The notes: generated by a model from the sequence alone, not told the origin. A stretch of 64,000 nucleotides of DNA from Octopus sinensis (GCF_006345805.1 NC_043010.1:56172001-56236000), one strand, 5' to 3'. Numbered from the stretch's first letter, positions 11,559 through 25,711 are shown. Numbers and translations are program-made.

Positions 11559-13379
11559 GATAGATAAGTAGAGGGACAGACAGACAGACAGACAGACAGA
11601 TAGATATACACACGTGTATGTAAATGTGCGCGTATAATGTTCGCGTTCCTGTACGTACATATACATTCGCGTGTATGTGTTTATGTGTGTGCGCATGTGT
11701 GTGTATGCACACGCACACACACACACGCACACACACACACGCACACACTCACACACGCGCACGCACACAATCTTCTGAATGGAAAAGAGGCGATTAAATC
11801 CTCGTCCTTTATTGCTTCTGTTGCACTCTTTTCCCGCCAAATCTGTCATCCATCTGACCATCTGTCTCTTCATTTAGCCACTGACTGACCATTTACTGTC
11901 TCAACTTATCACACCCCCATACCCCCACACGTAACCCCACCCCCACCACAGTAAAAACAAACATTATGATAATCGACCTTCCCCACCGCACCCCCTCCGA
12001 CTCCTCTACTCATATGAGATCCTCTGATAATGTCTGCATGATCTCGGAAGCAGGCAAAAGTCTCGTTTCATTCTAATTAATCTTCTGGCCAGAAGATGGC
12101 ACCACGCATCATTTTTCAACAGCGGCCAGGAGACAGCAGCACTTCCTTTAATCTGATCACGTGATAGCGACAATTGCCATTGGCGCCGAAATGTTTGTAA
12201 GTTTGTGGCTGTGACAATGAAGAGCTACTTAATGAAGTGGGGTAAGTTAGGTTGGGGTGGGCTGATGTGGAGTGAAGTGGGGTGGGGGGATGCGGTGATG
12301 TCAAGCTTCGAAGAGGGTGACGTAGTGATTGCTGTTGTTTCTGTTGGAGACCTGTGAGTTGAGAGAAAAAGAATTTCCAGAGAGAAGTGGATCTTGGGAG
12401 AGAGGAGTGGGTGAAATGCAAGCCGAAAGGGTGGAGGGAGAAGAAGGGGGGAGGGAGAAGGAAAGAGTGATCTGGAGGAGATCGGAGGAGCAGTGGCCAA
12501 CATAGTAGTGGTAGTTCAAGGGGGAAGGAGAGGACACAATGGTAGATTTGTTGGCCTGAGACTGAAGAAGGTTGGTGGCTGGCTCCACACCAATCAGATG
12601 GGCTAATGTATTCAGATATCACAGTTCCCTTGCCCTGAACTCAGAATAATCTCAGTGTTAAATCGATTACAGGAGAAAAAGGGGGAAATTGTAATTTCTG
12701 GGACAATGACACAGACTTAGTTGAAACCACCGTTGTTTAGACGTAACAGCAAGGGACGAGGAGATGGGGATATATGGCAGGGGTTTTGACAAGACACAGA
12801 AATATTTCTACCAGAGAAAACAGAGGTTTAAGCGTTTAAAGTTTAAGCAGGAGTTTATCCTTGTTTCGATGGGGTCAAAGCGACTAAGACTACAAAACTC
12901 GCTCTGAACGGGACCCCAGTTAGTGGCAAGTGTAATCCCCGTCTGTTACTGGAACTCATTTTCAGCTGAGTGGACCAATGGTAAAGAAGAACTTGCTCAA
13001 GGACACAACTTTTCGTGCAGAAAAATTGCTCCGCACAAACTACGCTGTATATCACTGTCGTCTGATTTTTAGGGGGAAGAAGCAGTCGAACGAACAGCAT
13101 AGATATTACAGTGCTTCGCTGTAAATAATGGGGGGAGATGAGGGAATGTATTTCAGGAGAACAGATAAAGAGGACATTTCAGGAGTATCGACCACCATTT
13201 TATCTGTGGTCACTTTTATTTGTTGGCAGACAACAGCTTCTACATTTGTCATTTCCAAGACAAATGTAGCAATGCTTTTCGCCAGATTCCTAGGCTTTAA
13301 TGCAGGCCTCTGTACAATTTTGTGGTTGAGAGGTTCACTTTGGAACCGCGTAGTTCCAAATTCGATTCCCTTACCTCAC

Positions 13380-13630
13380 CCCTTCGGCAAGTTTTTTTTA
13401 TACTGTAACCTCGACTTCAATAATGCAGATTTTGGTTGGCTGAAACTGCCGAAGCCCGTTCTACTGAGGTGGACACGGGTGGGAATGGGTATGCACGTGT
13501 GTAGGTATACCTGTTACGCCCCTTTGCGTTAACCGTCCAAGAGAAATCGATAAAAACTACCACACTGAAATATGTAATGGAGTTGATACGATCAGCAAAA
13601 CCCTGAAGGGGTGCCCCAGCATGGCCAGCC
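13380..13630 (+). mobile_element. Highly decayed copy of the 19251-19620 SINE family
   Basis: Residual GGAACCGCGTAGTTCCAAATTCGATTCC upstream, GAAACTGCCGAAGCCCG, AAGAGAAATCGATA and GGTGCCCCAGCATGGCC. Confidence 0.5.
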
Positions 13631-13767
13631 AACAACAGTAGAACACTACTGGCTATGGACTCGCAGTACAGAAGATTACATAAATACCTGACAATACACC
13701 ACAGATATGGAATAAACTCTTTTTACAGCATTTCGTTGTGTTTGATTAACGAGGTACTCGCCAAAAC

Positions 13768-13850
13768 CCGTCACCCTCCGCCACAATCCGTCACCCTCCG
13801 CCACAATCCGTTACCCTCCGTCACCATTCGCCAACATCCACCACTGCCAC
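13768..13850 (+). repeat. 20-bp minisatellite (CCGTCACCCTCCGCCACAAT), about 3 copies
   Basis: Directly visible, decaying to the right. Confidence 0.85.
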
Positions 13851-14032
13851 CACCGCCGCCACCGTAGTCTACGTGAAATCACAAGAGACTAATGAGCAGA
13901 AATAACAGATATTGCAATACTGGGCAGCTTGTGATGTTGCTAATGAATTAAATATATGGAGTGGCACACTTCTGACAACTTTATCGATACATTAGTAGCA
14001 ATCATTGAACTGATGTTATTTCTACATTTTAC

Positions 14033-14160
14033 AACCACCACCACCACCACCACCACCACCACCACCACCACCACCGTCACCACCACCACCACCACCCCAC
14101 CACCACCACCACCACCACCACCCCACCACCACCGTCACCACCACCACCACCACCATCACC
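14033..14160 (+). repeat. (ACC)n trinucleotide repeat
   Basis: Directly visible; explains the poly-T/P/H ORF 13956-14198. Confidence 0.95.
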
Positions 14161-14594
14161 ACCCAATCTCTTGGCTTCAGTCATTGTCACGTTATTAGTT
14201 TGGCTCTAGGAAAATGTTTCTGGTAAAACTCCAATCTTCCAGTTATTATCATTGTATACAGCTTTATACATACATACACCTGTATACTTCGATATACACA
14301 CATACACTTATATACATGCATACACCTGTATACATATACACGTGTATAAACGCATACACTTCTATACACACACCGATATACACGCCGTTTTCTTCCTGAA
14401 CTCATTATACACTGATCAGGGAACGCCTTGACAGCAGCAATCCAGAATGTGTGTGTGCGTGCGTGTGTGTGTGTGTGCGTGTGTGTGTGTGTGTGTGTGC
14501 GTGTGTGTGTGTGTGTGTGTGTGCGTGCGCGCGCACTGAATAATTGACTTTTCTGAATGACAGCCAGACAATATAGAAATTTGATAACAATATG

Positions 14595-14690
14595 GCTGTC
14601 GTTAGCTTGTTGTTGTTGTTTAGCCCCAGGTCAGCTTTTATCAAGTCAACTTATGATAAAAAGACATTCCCGCTGTGACCATCCTGTATT
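14595..14690 (-). mobile_element. 3' end of an (AAC)n-tailed retroposon family
   Basis: Minus strand ..GCTGACCTGGGGCTAAACAACAACAAC; the same terminus occurs at 40045-40068 (+), about 29935-29960 (+) and about 56583-56600 (-). Confidence 0.65.
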
Positions 14691-14968
14691 TTATTTCTTT
14701 TTGGTTACCGCGTATCTATGACAACGTTATGCAATGTACCAGCGTTGTACGAAACGAAGACCACTTCGAAGCTTCCGTCCGATAAAACTTTATAATGCCA
14801 TCTCGGGAAGATTTATAGTTAGCCACCCTTATTCTATTGAGGTGTTGGATCGCAAGTTGCTGGTGGTAAGCATTCCAGAATTTACTGAGGCCATTCCGCA
14901 AGTCTAGAGAAGAATGTGAAAAAGCTGAGACAGAATCAACAAATGGATACAGGCAAATACACCTTCGT

Positions 14969-15029
<61 letters not shown>

Positions 15030-16083
15030 CACACAACATACACACGATGGAAGTTGATTCAACTTTCAGTATGACCATTTCTTGTTATTGAACTGCAAAG
15101 CGAAGTTGCCATTTTAGCTAATGATTTGTTGTTCTTTACTCAATTATCCTGTAAATGTCTCCTCTCAGTCAAATGCCACGCAGGATCATGATATTTGACA
15201 TTATGGACAGTCACGTGTCCCTTCGGACTATCAAAACAGACAGACGACATTTTTGATACCTCTGACACTTTCTTAGAGTGGTGAAGATGTTTTACCTTGA
15301 TTCAAGAATTCTTGATTAACAACACCTAACAAGATCAGGAGAAACTCAGTTACAAGTTAGATATTTAAAGGGATTCTTGATTTGGGGTTTTATTGCCTTG
15401 TTTCTTGTTTTGTGCATTTAATGCGACTCGCTTCAAATTTTCGAGACACATTCGGTAAGTTTTCTCTGTGATACTTTATTAATAGTTTACCAATTTTCTG
15501 CAGGAATATTAACAACTTTCAAGTCAGATTTAAGACAGTCTGTGTATCTTCCCTTCGGTTTGGAAGACACCCTTTTCCTCAGAACATTGTCTCCCATAAA
15601 ACAGGAGCCTTACAATTCTTTCGTCTGCCATATTAACTAAATCTTCCTGCCTCTGTCTGTTCCATCAAAAAGCATCTGCTATACTTACATTTCCTAACCT
15701 CCCTGTCACCCATATAATCCCTGCAAAACTTATACAAAGCATGTCGATGACTCGAAACGAAAAGGCCCCGAGTGAAATTTCTATTCTATTTTGCATACCG
15801 TGCGTTAGCTGGGGGTGCGATTAAATAATGAAGATGTTATACCCAAACAGCGTTTATGACAATATGGAAGATAAATTTAAGGTCGTTAACTTACAATTTA
15901 CAACACTTACAAGGTGAAGAATAGTAAAACGGTAACGAAATATTTCGGGTTAATGACCTTACTTTTTTGCCCGAAGAGAATAACAAAATATATTTACATC
16001 CGATTATTTTTCACAGTGTAAAAGTTATAAGATCAGGTGTTTACAGTTTTAGCGTCGCTGTTTTAACATACCTGATATATCCG

Positions 16084-16153
<70 letters not shown>

Positions 16154-16744
16154 TGAGTGTGAGTGAGTGTGTGTGTGAGTGAGTGAGTGAGTGTGTGTGT
16201 GTGTGTGTGTAAAGAACAGATTCTGTGGAAGGTACTGGTGGTGAATTTTAAAATATTTTACGAAGATGGTGAGATTGAGAATTTATGTGGGTGAGACATT
16301 TGACATTTTAGCTTTGTTATTTCGTCTGACAGTGAGAGAGGAGGGGGGATTGAGATGGGAGTGAGTGACGGAGAAACTCTTCTCCCTTTCTCTCAGACCA
16401 AAGCACGACACAGGAACATCAGTTTCCTCATCTACCTACGGCATAGAGACTTTGCGAAACTCACAAACTTCGCCATGCACCCCTAGTAAACATTCCCCCA
16501 CCCCCACCCCCACACACACACATATTTTCTAACCTGTTCCTTCTCTGGCGGGATTTCAGTTGTCATGGTCTTTTTTTTTTATTTAAACTTGTGTCGCTGT
16601 TTTATTGAGTCGTTTATTTTGCTCAACTACAGATTTCCGATCTGTTATACACCACTAGGTTTTCTTGGGGTGCGTGTGTTTATATTTGTACACAGACAGA
16701 CAGATAGATAGGCAAGCAGACAGATATACACACGTATATGTAAA

Positions 16745-16801
<57 letters not shown>

Positions 16802-16939
16802 TATATATGTTTATACACACACTTTTATACACACACACACTGGATGCGAGAGGTAATTGAGGACATATTAGATGATTTAATAAAATACCATTAAAAAATT
16901 GTACACCTGTTCTCTATAAACTTAGACTATTCTATGAAT

Positions 16940-17560
16940 TTGCTTTCAGTTTGGATGACTATTTGAATGCGAGACCGGAATCGTTGATATTCCTTCCTTA
17001 AATGGTTCTTATTCATTTCTGACATCACCAGACAATGGCGGCTTCCAGGGCAGCTATGGCACTATGAGGATATCGACTAGTCTCCGCCTTTCATCGATGC
17101 TCCCAATATCCACAGGATTTAAATCTGGTGAGTTTCGAAACCATTATTCTTGAGTTACGTTGGCTTTCGGAAAAAGTGCTAAGTCTTATTGAAACAACCC
17201 ATGACCTTCCACTGCATATTTCATTCAACTGTTTCCAGAGCCTCTGTGTACCCAGAAGCATTAATTCTAAGACATGGCATGACCTTCATTACTCTTGAAA
17301 CTATCACTGTTGCTGGAAATTTGGCTGTGCATTACTTTGAGGGCAAAACCATCTGTCGTTTGTGTTAGAGTTTAGGTCTTTGTCGAAGCTTTTCTCAGAG
17401 AACAACTAAAGTATGAATGTATGGCACTGATCAAATGGTTTTGCTGTCTTTGCAGACATGAATTGGCCTCTTCTCAGGACATACGACTTGTATCGAACGC
17501 CCTGCTGCACCACAGTCTTGACTGTCCACTGACACCTGAAGTTCTTTGGTGAAGACCCTC
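16940..17560 (-). mobile_element. Tc1-like transposase remnant
   Basis: Frameshifted minus-strand motifs VMHx-KFPATVIV..SNEGHAM, NSPDLNPVD and PHSAIAALEAAIV..EMNKNHLRKEYQRFRSRIQIV, matching the Tc1-family catalytic and C-terminal region. Confidence 0.7.
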
Positions 17561-17623
17561 ATCCATTTCCCTCTATCATCATCGATAATGTCTGTATGTC
17601 CTTAGAGTCGCCAAACGTATAGA

Positions 17624-17664
<41 letters not shown>

Positions 17665-18090
17665 CTTCGATACAATTCAAACCTTTTTGCCACAGGCTTC
17701 CAATTTCATTCGAACTTTGTGTAGAAAAAGTCTTGCAACAGTTTAAAAGTTGGCAATTTCTAAATTGTTTTCTTCCGCATATAAGGCAACAATGACTGCA
17801 TATTTTTTTTCTTATGTTTTTATTTTATCTCCCATGTGTGTGTGTGTGTGGGTGTGTGGAGGTGTTGATGTGGAGGTCTGAAAGAAATAAAATCTTTTTG
17901 ATTTGAAGTGAATGATAATATTGATAATTAAATGTCCTCAAATATCCCCCTGTTCTCTGTGTATACGGATATATATGCATATAATTTAATCACCCACACA
18001 CACATGTATGTATGTATATACGTATGTATGTATGTATGTATGTATGTATGTATGTTGTATGTATGTATGTATGTATGTATGTATGTATGT

Positions 18091-18460
18091 GGCTGTCCCC
18101 TCATGCACAATCCTTCTCCACCTGCTACGATCAATAGCTATGCCTTCCCATGTGTCATAAAACGAGACAGATGAGTGACAGCCTGGCCACTGGTGGTGGT
18201 GTAACACACCATACTAATCATATCTGTCGGGCATGTGGAAGAGAGTGTAATTCGGCAGGAGGACTTAAACGACATGCAAAGGTACATGAAGCCCAGTTAC
18301 AACTACAGCCGGCTATGACCGGTAAAGGTTTCAGTTGCCAATTTTGTACAATACATTGTAGATCTTTAGCTGGGCTAAAAAGTCACATTCGATCACAGCA
18401 CCAGTAACAGTTAAGCTTCGTGCAATGACCATACTCGATAACGAGGGGGCAGCCATAATA
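18091..18460. mobile_element. RTE-clade LINE 3' end with an inverted 5' segment
   Basis: 18091-18162 (-) encodes TWEGIAIDRSRWRRIVHEG (RTE ORF2 C-terminal motif); 18163-18407 (+) encodes CRACGRECNSAGGLKRH and CQFCTIHCRSLAGLKSHIRSQH; short 3' UTR ..CATACTCGATAACGAGGGGGCAGCC runs into (TATG)n. Confidence 0.75.
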
Positions 18461-19250
18461 ATGTATGTATGTATGTATGTATGTATGTATGTATGTATGT
18501 ATGTATGTATGTATGTATGTATATGAACGTATGTGTACAGCTGTTCTTTCAAACATGTTATAACAAAGATACAAGTGTTCGCATTGTATATTTTCATTTA
18601 TTAAATTCGAACGGTATCGTCCTTATTAAGTATTCGTTCAGATCCTTGTCTGAGTCCTTGATGTCTAGTTTCAAACAATGGCCCCTCTAAATCCATTTGT
18701 ATTTCACGGTCTTGCACCCCGGCCATATCCTCACAATGAAGATACGATAATAATAGCTTATCTCATAATCTTTTGCAGCTTATAGCAATGTGTATGAACA
18801 TTACCTCGTTATTAGCATCACTTCACCCTGACCATGAAATCAGGAATATCGTGAAACATAAATGGACGAATAGTTTTAAAAAGACTCTTGATTCAAACAC
18901 GTAACATATAAAGGATTAGAAGAAATATCAACAAATATCTTAATAAACAGGATAAACTGGGACATGGTCATGCCTTAGATATAACTCTATGGGCGTAGGA
19001 TACATGTGTTGTGTCTGCATGATACTGTTGTCTGTTTGATACAATTTGTAGATGCATGTTGAAATAGCGGGATGTATGCATGTGCGTGTATATATATATA
19101 TATATATATTATACACATACACACACACAACACACATTCGCACTTGCAATTCTCGTTCGAACACCTTTGCTTGCTTGTATATAGAATTACAGATAACATC
19201 TACACAACGTTTCGATATTATACAAGCACACACACACATACATATACACA

Positions 19251-19388
19251 TAGCTTGCTTACCAACTACATGGTTCCGGGTTCAGTCTCACTGCGTGGCA
19301 TCTTGGGCAAGCGTCTTCTACTATAGCCTTGGGCCGACCAAAGCCTTGTGAGTGGATTTGGTAGACGGAAACTGAAAGAAGCTCGTCG

Positions 19389-19430
<42 letters not shown>

Positions 19431-19620
19431 TGTTTGTCCCCCACCATCGCTTGACAACCGATGGTGGTGTGCTTATCTCTCCCTAACTTAGCGGTTCGGC
19501 AAAAGAGACCGATAGAATAACTATTAGGCTTACAAAGAATAAGTTCTGGGGTCGATTTATTCGACTAAATGCGGTGCTCCAGCATGGCCGCAATCAAATG
19601 ACTGAAATGAATAAAAGAAT
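19251..19620 (+). mobile_element. tRNA-derived SINE with internal microsatellite
   Basis: Head with B-box-like GGGTTCAGTC, then CTTGGGCAAG..GTAGACGGAAACTGAAAGAAGC, (TG)n, and tail GCGGTGCTCCAGCATGGCCGCAATCAAATGACTGAAA; homologous to 6659-7055. Confidence 0.9.
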
Positions 19621-21170
19621 ATATATGTGTATATACTCCTATGTATATATTCTTATATACATATATCGACTAAGTGGTTTCCTCCCCTGCCATCCTCTCT
19701 TTACCTCCTTCACCTCCTATAATGTGAAAGCGAAGTAATTAGAGGGTTTTCAGTTGATCCAAAATGTCTGCCAAGGGAGTAATTAAAGCTCTGTCATGTG
19801 ATCAGCCTCACTTCCGAGAAACGGCAGACATTTTCTACACAAACATAAAATATCTGATTCGACCATTTTCTCTTTATTTGTTTTCAAATTTGGTTTTTGT
19901 TATGTTTTTGCTGTTTTATTTTATTTTATTTTATTCTTACTGTTGATTATTTTGATGGTTGGGTGCATGGTTTGTCTGTTGTTTGGGGTGTAAGAAGGAG
20001 AGAGGGAAGACAGTGGACCACCAGATAGATAAAGGGAGGGAGTTAGAGGGACAAATGGGGAATGAGTGAGAGGGAGAGAGGTAGGCAGGCGAGTGAGGAG
20101 CTTTGTTGGACTTCATGGAGAAGAGGTAGACAGGGAGAGAAAGAAATATAGGGGAAAGGAGTGGGTGAGGGAGAGCAACTAAAGGAGAAAAAGGGAGGGA
20201 AGAGTGATAAAACAAAAGGCAGGGTAGACAGAGGGGGAAGATGGAATAGTGAGAGAGCAATAAAGAGAGAGAGAGAGTGAAGTAGAGAGAGAGAGAGAAG
20301 TAGAGAGAGAGAGAGAGAGAAGTAGAGAGAGAGAGAGAGAAGTAGAGAGAGAGAGAGAGAGTGAAGTAAAGAGAGAAAGAGAGTGAAGAAAGAGAGAGAG
20401 ATGGGTGAGAGTGATCTAAGGCTGTTTTAGAGGGTGAAGGTAAAAGAAAATTGAAGAAAAGCCAAAACGATCTGAAAGCAGATTCGACTTTTTTGATAAC
20501 ATCTGTAGTCGTTGTTTAACTCGAGGATAACTCTAAACAAGCATACATAATTAAAAACCACTCCAGATGTGACCATCTCGTGTGCATATATAACTATATA
20601 TAAAAATAACTGTACATTATTTTTATGTTCTTTCATTTCAAATGACAGTATGTTGCCATTTGACCGGAATTTAGCTGCAATTTCTAGCATGTGAATCGTC
20701 CACATAAGCGCTCTCTCGTTAATTCGATATGACGTCATGCATTCTGAGATGGCCAAAGTACTTACACACACACATCTCCCACACACACACACATACACAC
20801 ACACCACATAAGCGTACACACACAATCACACCTCACGATCCACCCACACAATCCTGCTATAATCACCGCACCCTCCCCCCTCCTATTAAATGTGATAATC
20901 AGTCGAAGACAATAAAATCTGAATAAATTATGGAATTATTTGATCTGGCAAAAAAAAGAGGAGAATGAAATTGGGGAATTATTTGACTGGTTTGGTTGGT
21001 ACAAACACACACACACGCACACATACACACAGACGCACACATACACACACACGCACACATACACACACACGCACACATACACACACACGCACACATACAC
21101 ACACACGCACACTGAGGAAGGAAATTCGTATCAGTGTAACCCCAGAGTTGTGTATAATGAAGTTTCAGTT

Positions 21171-21204
<34 letters not shown>

Positions 21205-21373
21205 ATACATGCTTACGTAGAAGGCAGTCTGCCTGTCGCGTCTAATATCGGTGACACTGACGCAATGAACCTGCTTCTGAAATAAACGACGTCTGCAGGA
21301 GGCAAATTCGACAAAAGGAGGCACATTATGGGGTAGAAGGAGTAGGCTTGAAGTGGCCAGAATATGAGTGGAG

Positions 21374-21413
<40 letters not shown>

Positions 21414-22447
21414 TCAGTCGGGGAGTGACTGAATGAAAGGTAGCACGTGAGAAGGCAGCTTTATGGAGCAGAGGCTATTAGAGTAGTGGTTGAAAAGGCG
21501 GCGGGAGGGGACAAAATGCTTAAGTGTGTTGGTGAGCGAATTCACAGTTTTGTCGTATAACCTTCCTCCAGATAAAGTGAAGGAAATGTCTGTGTGTCGG
21601 TAGCAGAATCAGAATCGCAGCTGAAATTGGAATACTCCATTGTAAGTCTCCGTTAAGCTTTGTAAAAGGCAGTTATGGAAGTTGGTGAGGAATCCAGAAT
21701 CGAAACAGATGTAGCAGAACTTTAGTCTTGTGAGATGTCGGGTTTATAAAGGTTGGCGGTAGATACTATGACTCACCGATTATATCGCAAAAAAAGCAGG
21801 ACAAGTTCAAAGTTACACGTTACCCCCCCCCCTCTCTCCCCTCACTCCCCACCTCTCTCTCCCCCTCTCTCTCCCTCTCTCTCCCCCCTCTCTCTCTCTC
21901 CACTTAGGAATATATCATCAGAGAGGAAAACTTCCAACGACAGAACAGATAGAAAAGCGATGTCAGAACAGACGAATATCTCCTTTGATTACTATATCAG
22001 CTTCGATGGGTTGGTCATGTCAGGTGCATGTTGTTGCATCAGTTGCACAGACAGTTGTTTTACTCCAAGTTGGCTGAAGGACAGTACACGGGGGGGGGGA
22101 CAAAAAGTTTTGTGAAAGACACACTTTAAAAACAATTGGAAAATGTGACTTCAGTGAGTGGTGGAGGCCATGGATGAATAAGGGAGACGAATGCAGGGGG
22201 TTGTGCATGAGAGGGGGAGGGATCAAGGGGGAAAGGGAGATGAGTGGGAGTTGAATTGTCTCTGGTGGATCCCAGAACATAAAGAATGAGAATAGTGTGC
22301 AGTGAAGGCAATGACCAACTCAAACCGCTTCTGTTGGGGACCAAGAAATGCTTCCTGTATTGGCCTCAAGAATCAAATGGGATCTACAGAAAAAGTAAGG
22401 AATCTGGGGTTCCGAGGATTTACCAACGGTGACATATATATAGATAT

Positions 22448-22498
<51 letters not shown>

Positions 22499-22567
22499 TA
22501 TATATATGGCATGTATGTATGTGTGTGTATTATTAGTATGTATGTTTGTGTGTATACATATATATAT

Positions 22568-22609
<42 letters not shown>

Positions 22610-23310
22610 TTATATATAATGGAACAAAAACGCAATAGAGGACAATAAAACATTCGGACAGATAGACGATACAAAGGCGAACAATTGAAGCAAGAATTAG
22701 AAGGACTGGCAAAAAAAGATGGGTCATTCGTGGCTTTCTTTCCTCAGTCAAGTACCAGAGGTCAGGACCATTTCGGGCAGTTACACTTGAGATGGTTCGA
22801 TCTGGTTGCACCCCCACCCAAAGTCTAAGTTAAGAGCATTAGACCCCTTTGTAAGAGAGCTAGCGAATGTGTACAGCAACACAGACACACAAAAAAAAAA
22901 AAAAAAAAAAACAGAGAACATGATACACAATTACAAATACAAACAACAAGAAATAACAACAGGCGTCTTTCGACTGAGAACGAATCAAATTGAGCTGGCG
23001 TGTATGAAGTGAAAGCCTAGAGGCAGGAACGTAGAAGATAGACATAAGAGGTGTTGGTGGTCAGCAGTCAGGCCAAGAAAGAATAATGATGGCTGGCCGG
23101 ACACCAGCCACGTGGAAGAAGAGATGGGTAGGGGGCAGCGAAATTGACAGATTAGAAAATAATCAGAGACAGAGAGAAAGATGCAGGGGAGATAAACGAA
23201 TGGGAAATAGTGGGAGAAAGAGAGGGCCAAGAAATGTGAGAGAGGCGGAGCGAGAAAAAGAAGAAAAATGAGAGGGGGAACAAAAGATAGAGTAAGTTTG
23301 AAAGTATATA

Positions 23311-25195
23311 ATGTAATAATGTTCGTCCTTCGGTTCGAAGATGACCAACTGACATCATCTGATGGACTGCCTGCCGCCTGAGACCGGAGGTGGCTGGTGA
23401 GGCAAATCCGGGCAAGGAAGCCCCTCCCACAGGGGGCAGAAGTGGGTAGGGGCAGTGCTACTGGTGCAGGCGGCTCTGACTTTACGCATCTGACGTTTCT
23501 GCTCCGCTGACCGAATCCGTCCCTCCTCGGCTGTCCCTGCTCCCACGGTGATGCGCTGCGCCAGGATGAGCGGTTGGCAGCAAGTGTCTCCAGGTCTCTG
23601 TTCCGATGGAGAAGTCTTTGAGAGAGACCTTGAGACTATCCTTGTAGCGCTTTTTTCTGCCCTCCGACATTGCGCCTGCCCTGGCCGAGTTCACCGTAGA
23701 AGAGCTGTTTTGGGGGATGCGAGTGTCGGACATGCGGGAGACGTGGCCCGCCCATCTCAGCTGGGCCTTGCGTATGATTGTGATGGTGCTAGGGAATCTG
23801 CCTGCTTCAGAACTTCCGTGTCTGGACTTTGTCCTGCCAGCGGATGTGAAGGAGATTCCGAAGACACCTGAATGAGATGGGTGGTTTATCTGGCGCTCGT
23901 GCCTTCGGTAAGCAGTCCACGTCTCGCAGCCGTATAGTAGAGTGGTAAGCACGACTGCCCGGTAGACTTTCAGCTTGGTGTTGAGGCTGATTCCTCTCCG
24001 CTCCCAGACTTTCTTTCGCAGTCTCCCAAACGCGCGCTGCTTGCCTTGGAGATTCTGTTGATGGTTTCAGCATCTATGTTGCATTGCAGGAGAGAGTGCT
24101 GCCCAGGTAGGTGAAGTTTTTCACCACTCGTAAGATCCGTCCGTTCACCCTTATCTGAGGCTCATGGTATTGTTTGCCGGGGGCTGGCTGAAACATCACT
24201 TCGGTTTTCTTTGCACTGATGGGAGACCGAAGTTGTCACAGGCTGATGAGAACCTGTCCATCTCGAGCTGCATCTCCTGCTCATCGATTGCATTAAGGGC
24301 GCAGTCGTCAGCAAAGATAAGTCTCTGACGACTGTCTCCCTCACCTTTGTGACAGCCTGCAATCTCCTGGAGTTGAAAAGTTTCCCGTCTGTCCTGTACT
24401 TGATGTTGATACCGGACTTGCAGTCCCTAAAGGCGTCGGACATCATTGCCGAGAACATGATGCTGAACAGTGTTGGGGCCAGGACACAGCCCTGCCTGAC
24501 TCCGTTGGTCACCTGGAAGGCTTCAGATGAGTCGCCGTCCTCAAGATTCTGGCTGTCATTCCGTCGTGGAACTGGCGGACAATTGCAATAAATTTGCTGG
24601 GGCAACCAAATTTTCCCATGACCTTCCATAGTCCCTCCCGACTGACTGTATCAAAGGCCTTGGTGAGGTCAACAAAGGTCATGCAGAGGTCAAGGTGCTG
24701 CTCCATGCATTTCTCCTGGAGCTGGCGGGCGGGGCGAATATCATGTCAGTGGTCCCTCGACCCGCACGGAAGCCACACTGGCTCTCAGGGAGAAGGCCTT
24801 GCTCCAAGTGTTCCAGAAGGCGGTCAAGCAGGACCCGGGCCAGGATCTTGCCTGCTATGGACAAGAGGGAAATACCTCGGTGGTTGTCGCAGGACTGCCG
24901 ATCTCCTTTCCGCTTATAAATGTGGACGATTGTTGCATCCCGGAAATCTTGAGGGAGTTGTTCCCTGTCCCACATCGACTGGAACAGGCTGGTGAGCTGA
25001 CTGATCATGGTGGGGCCTCCCGACTTGAACACCTCTGCAGGGATGGCGTCAGAGCCTGGAGCTTTGCCGGTGGACATTTTTTTGATGGCTCTGCTCACTT
25101 CCCCAACTGCAGGGGGAACAGCCAACTCGTGGTTTGTCGGCACCTGGGGGAGTCGTGCGATGGCTTCCTCGTTGATCTGGGCTGGTCGGAGTTAT
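23311..25195 (-). mobile_element. 5'-truncated RTE-clade (BovB-like) LINE; RT and C-terminus with many frameshifts
   Basis: GKAPGSDAIPAE, NHRGISLLSIAGKILAR, ESQCGFRAGRGTTDMIF, FVDLTKAFDTVSR, GVRQGCVLAPTLF, FADD and LLYGCETWT motifs across frames; 3' end GTCATCTTCGAACCGAAGGACGAAC; possible 9-bp TSD AAGTATATA at 23302-23310 and 25196-25204. Confidence 0.95.
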
Positions 25196-25663
25196 AAGTA
25201 TATATAAGTATATACATGTACGCACACACACATATCTGTGTGTGCGTGTGTGTATGTGTGTGTGTGTGCGCGTGTAGAGAGAGAGAGAGAGAGATGAATA
25301 ACTCGGTTTCTGCTGATTAAGCGAGGTGCTAGATTGTCGAAGTATTCAAATGTATATAAAACACACATTGCTCTTCTCCCCGATTAATATCCAGATTTGA
25401 AAGATACGAAATTTTTTAATTTCTGAAATATTTCAGAGAAAATGTCGCCAGAAATAAATAAAAAAATAAAAAATGAATTTATCGCAGTTTTATCTTTCAC
25501 AAGTGTATTGACTTGTATCAACATTTCACTCAACCTAATGGATGTGTCAATGGTTGATTGTTAAAGCAATGTTTCTTGTTTTCTGTGTCTGCGACATCGA
25601 CGCCACCACCACCAGCATCATTTCCAATTCCTATTCTAACATGCATCTCTCACTCTCTCTCTC

Positions 25664-25711
<48 letters not shown>

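Noticed and set aside
12015-12075. CTGATAA-T-GTCTGC..GCAGGC-AAAA hammerhead-like string
   Set aside because: Good helix II, but two core substitutions and no helix III or properly placed helix I.
12116-12622. 168-aa minus-strand ORF
   Set aside because: Purine/pyrimidine-skewed low-complexity sequence with no recognisable motifs.
13240-13269. Perfect 11-bp inverted repeat CTACATTTGTC/GACAAATGTAG
   Set aside because: Isolated; one such hairpin in 64 kb is compatible with chance, and it is too short for a miRNA precursor.
18150-18407. Two-finger C2H2 ORF as a host zinc-finger gene
   Set aside because: It is flanked by an RTE ORF2 motif and an RTE-type 3' end, so it is better explained as a LINE C-terminus.
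22715-22755. CTGAGGA..GAATG..ATC on the minus strand
   Set aside because: GAAA box altered and helices I and II do not pair; not a supportable hammerhead.
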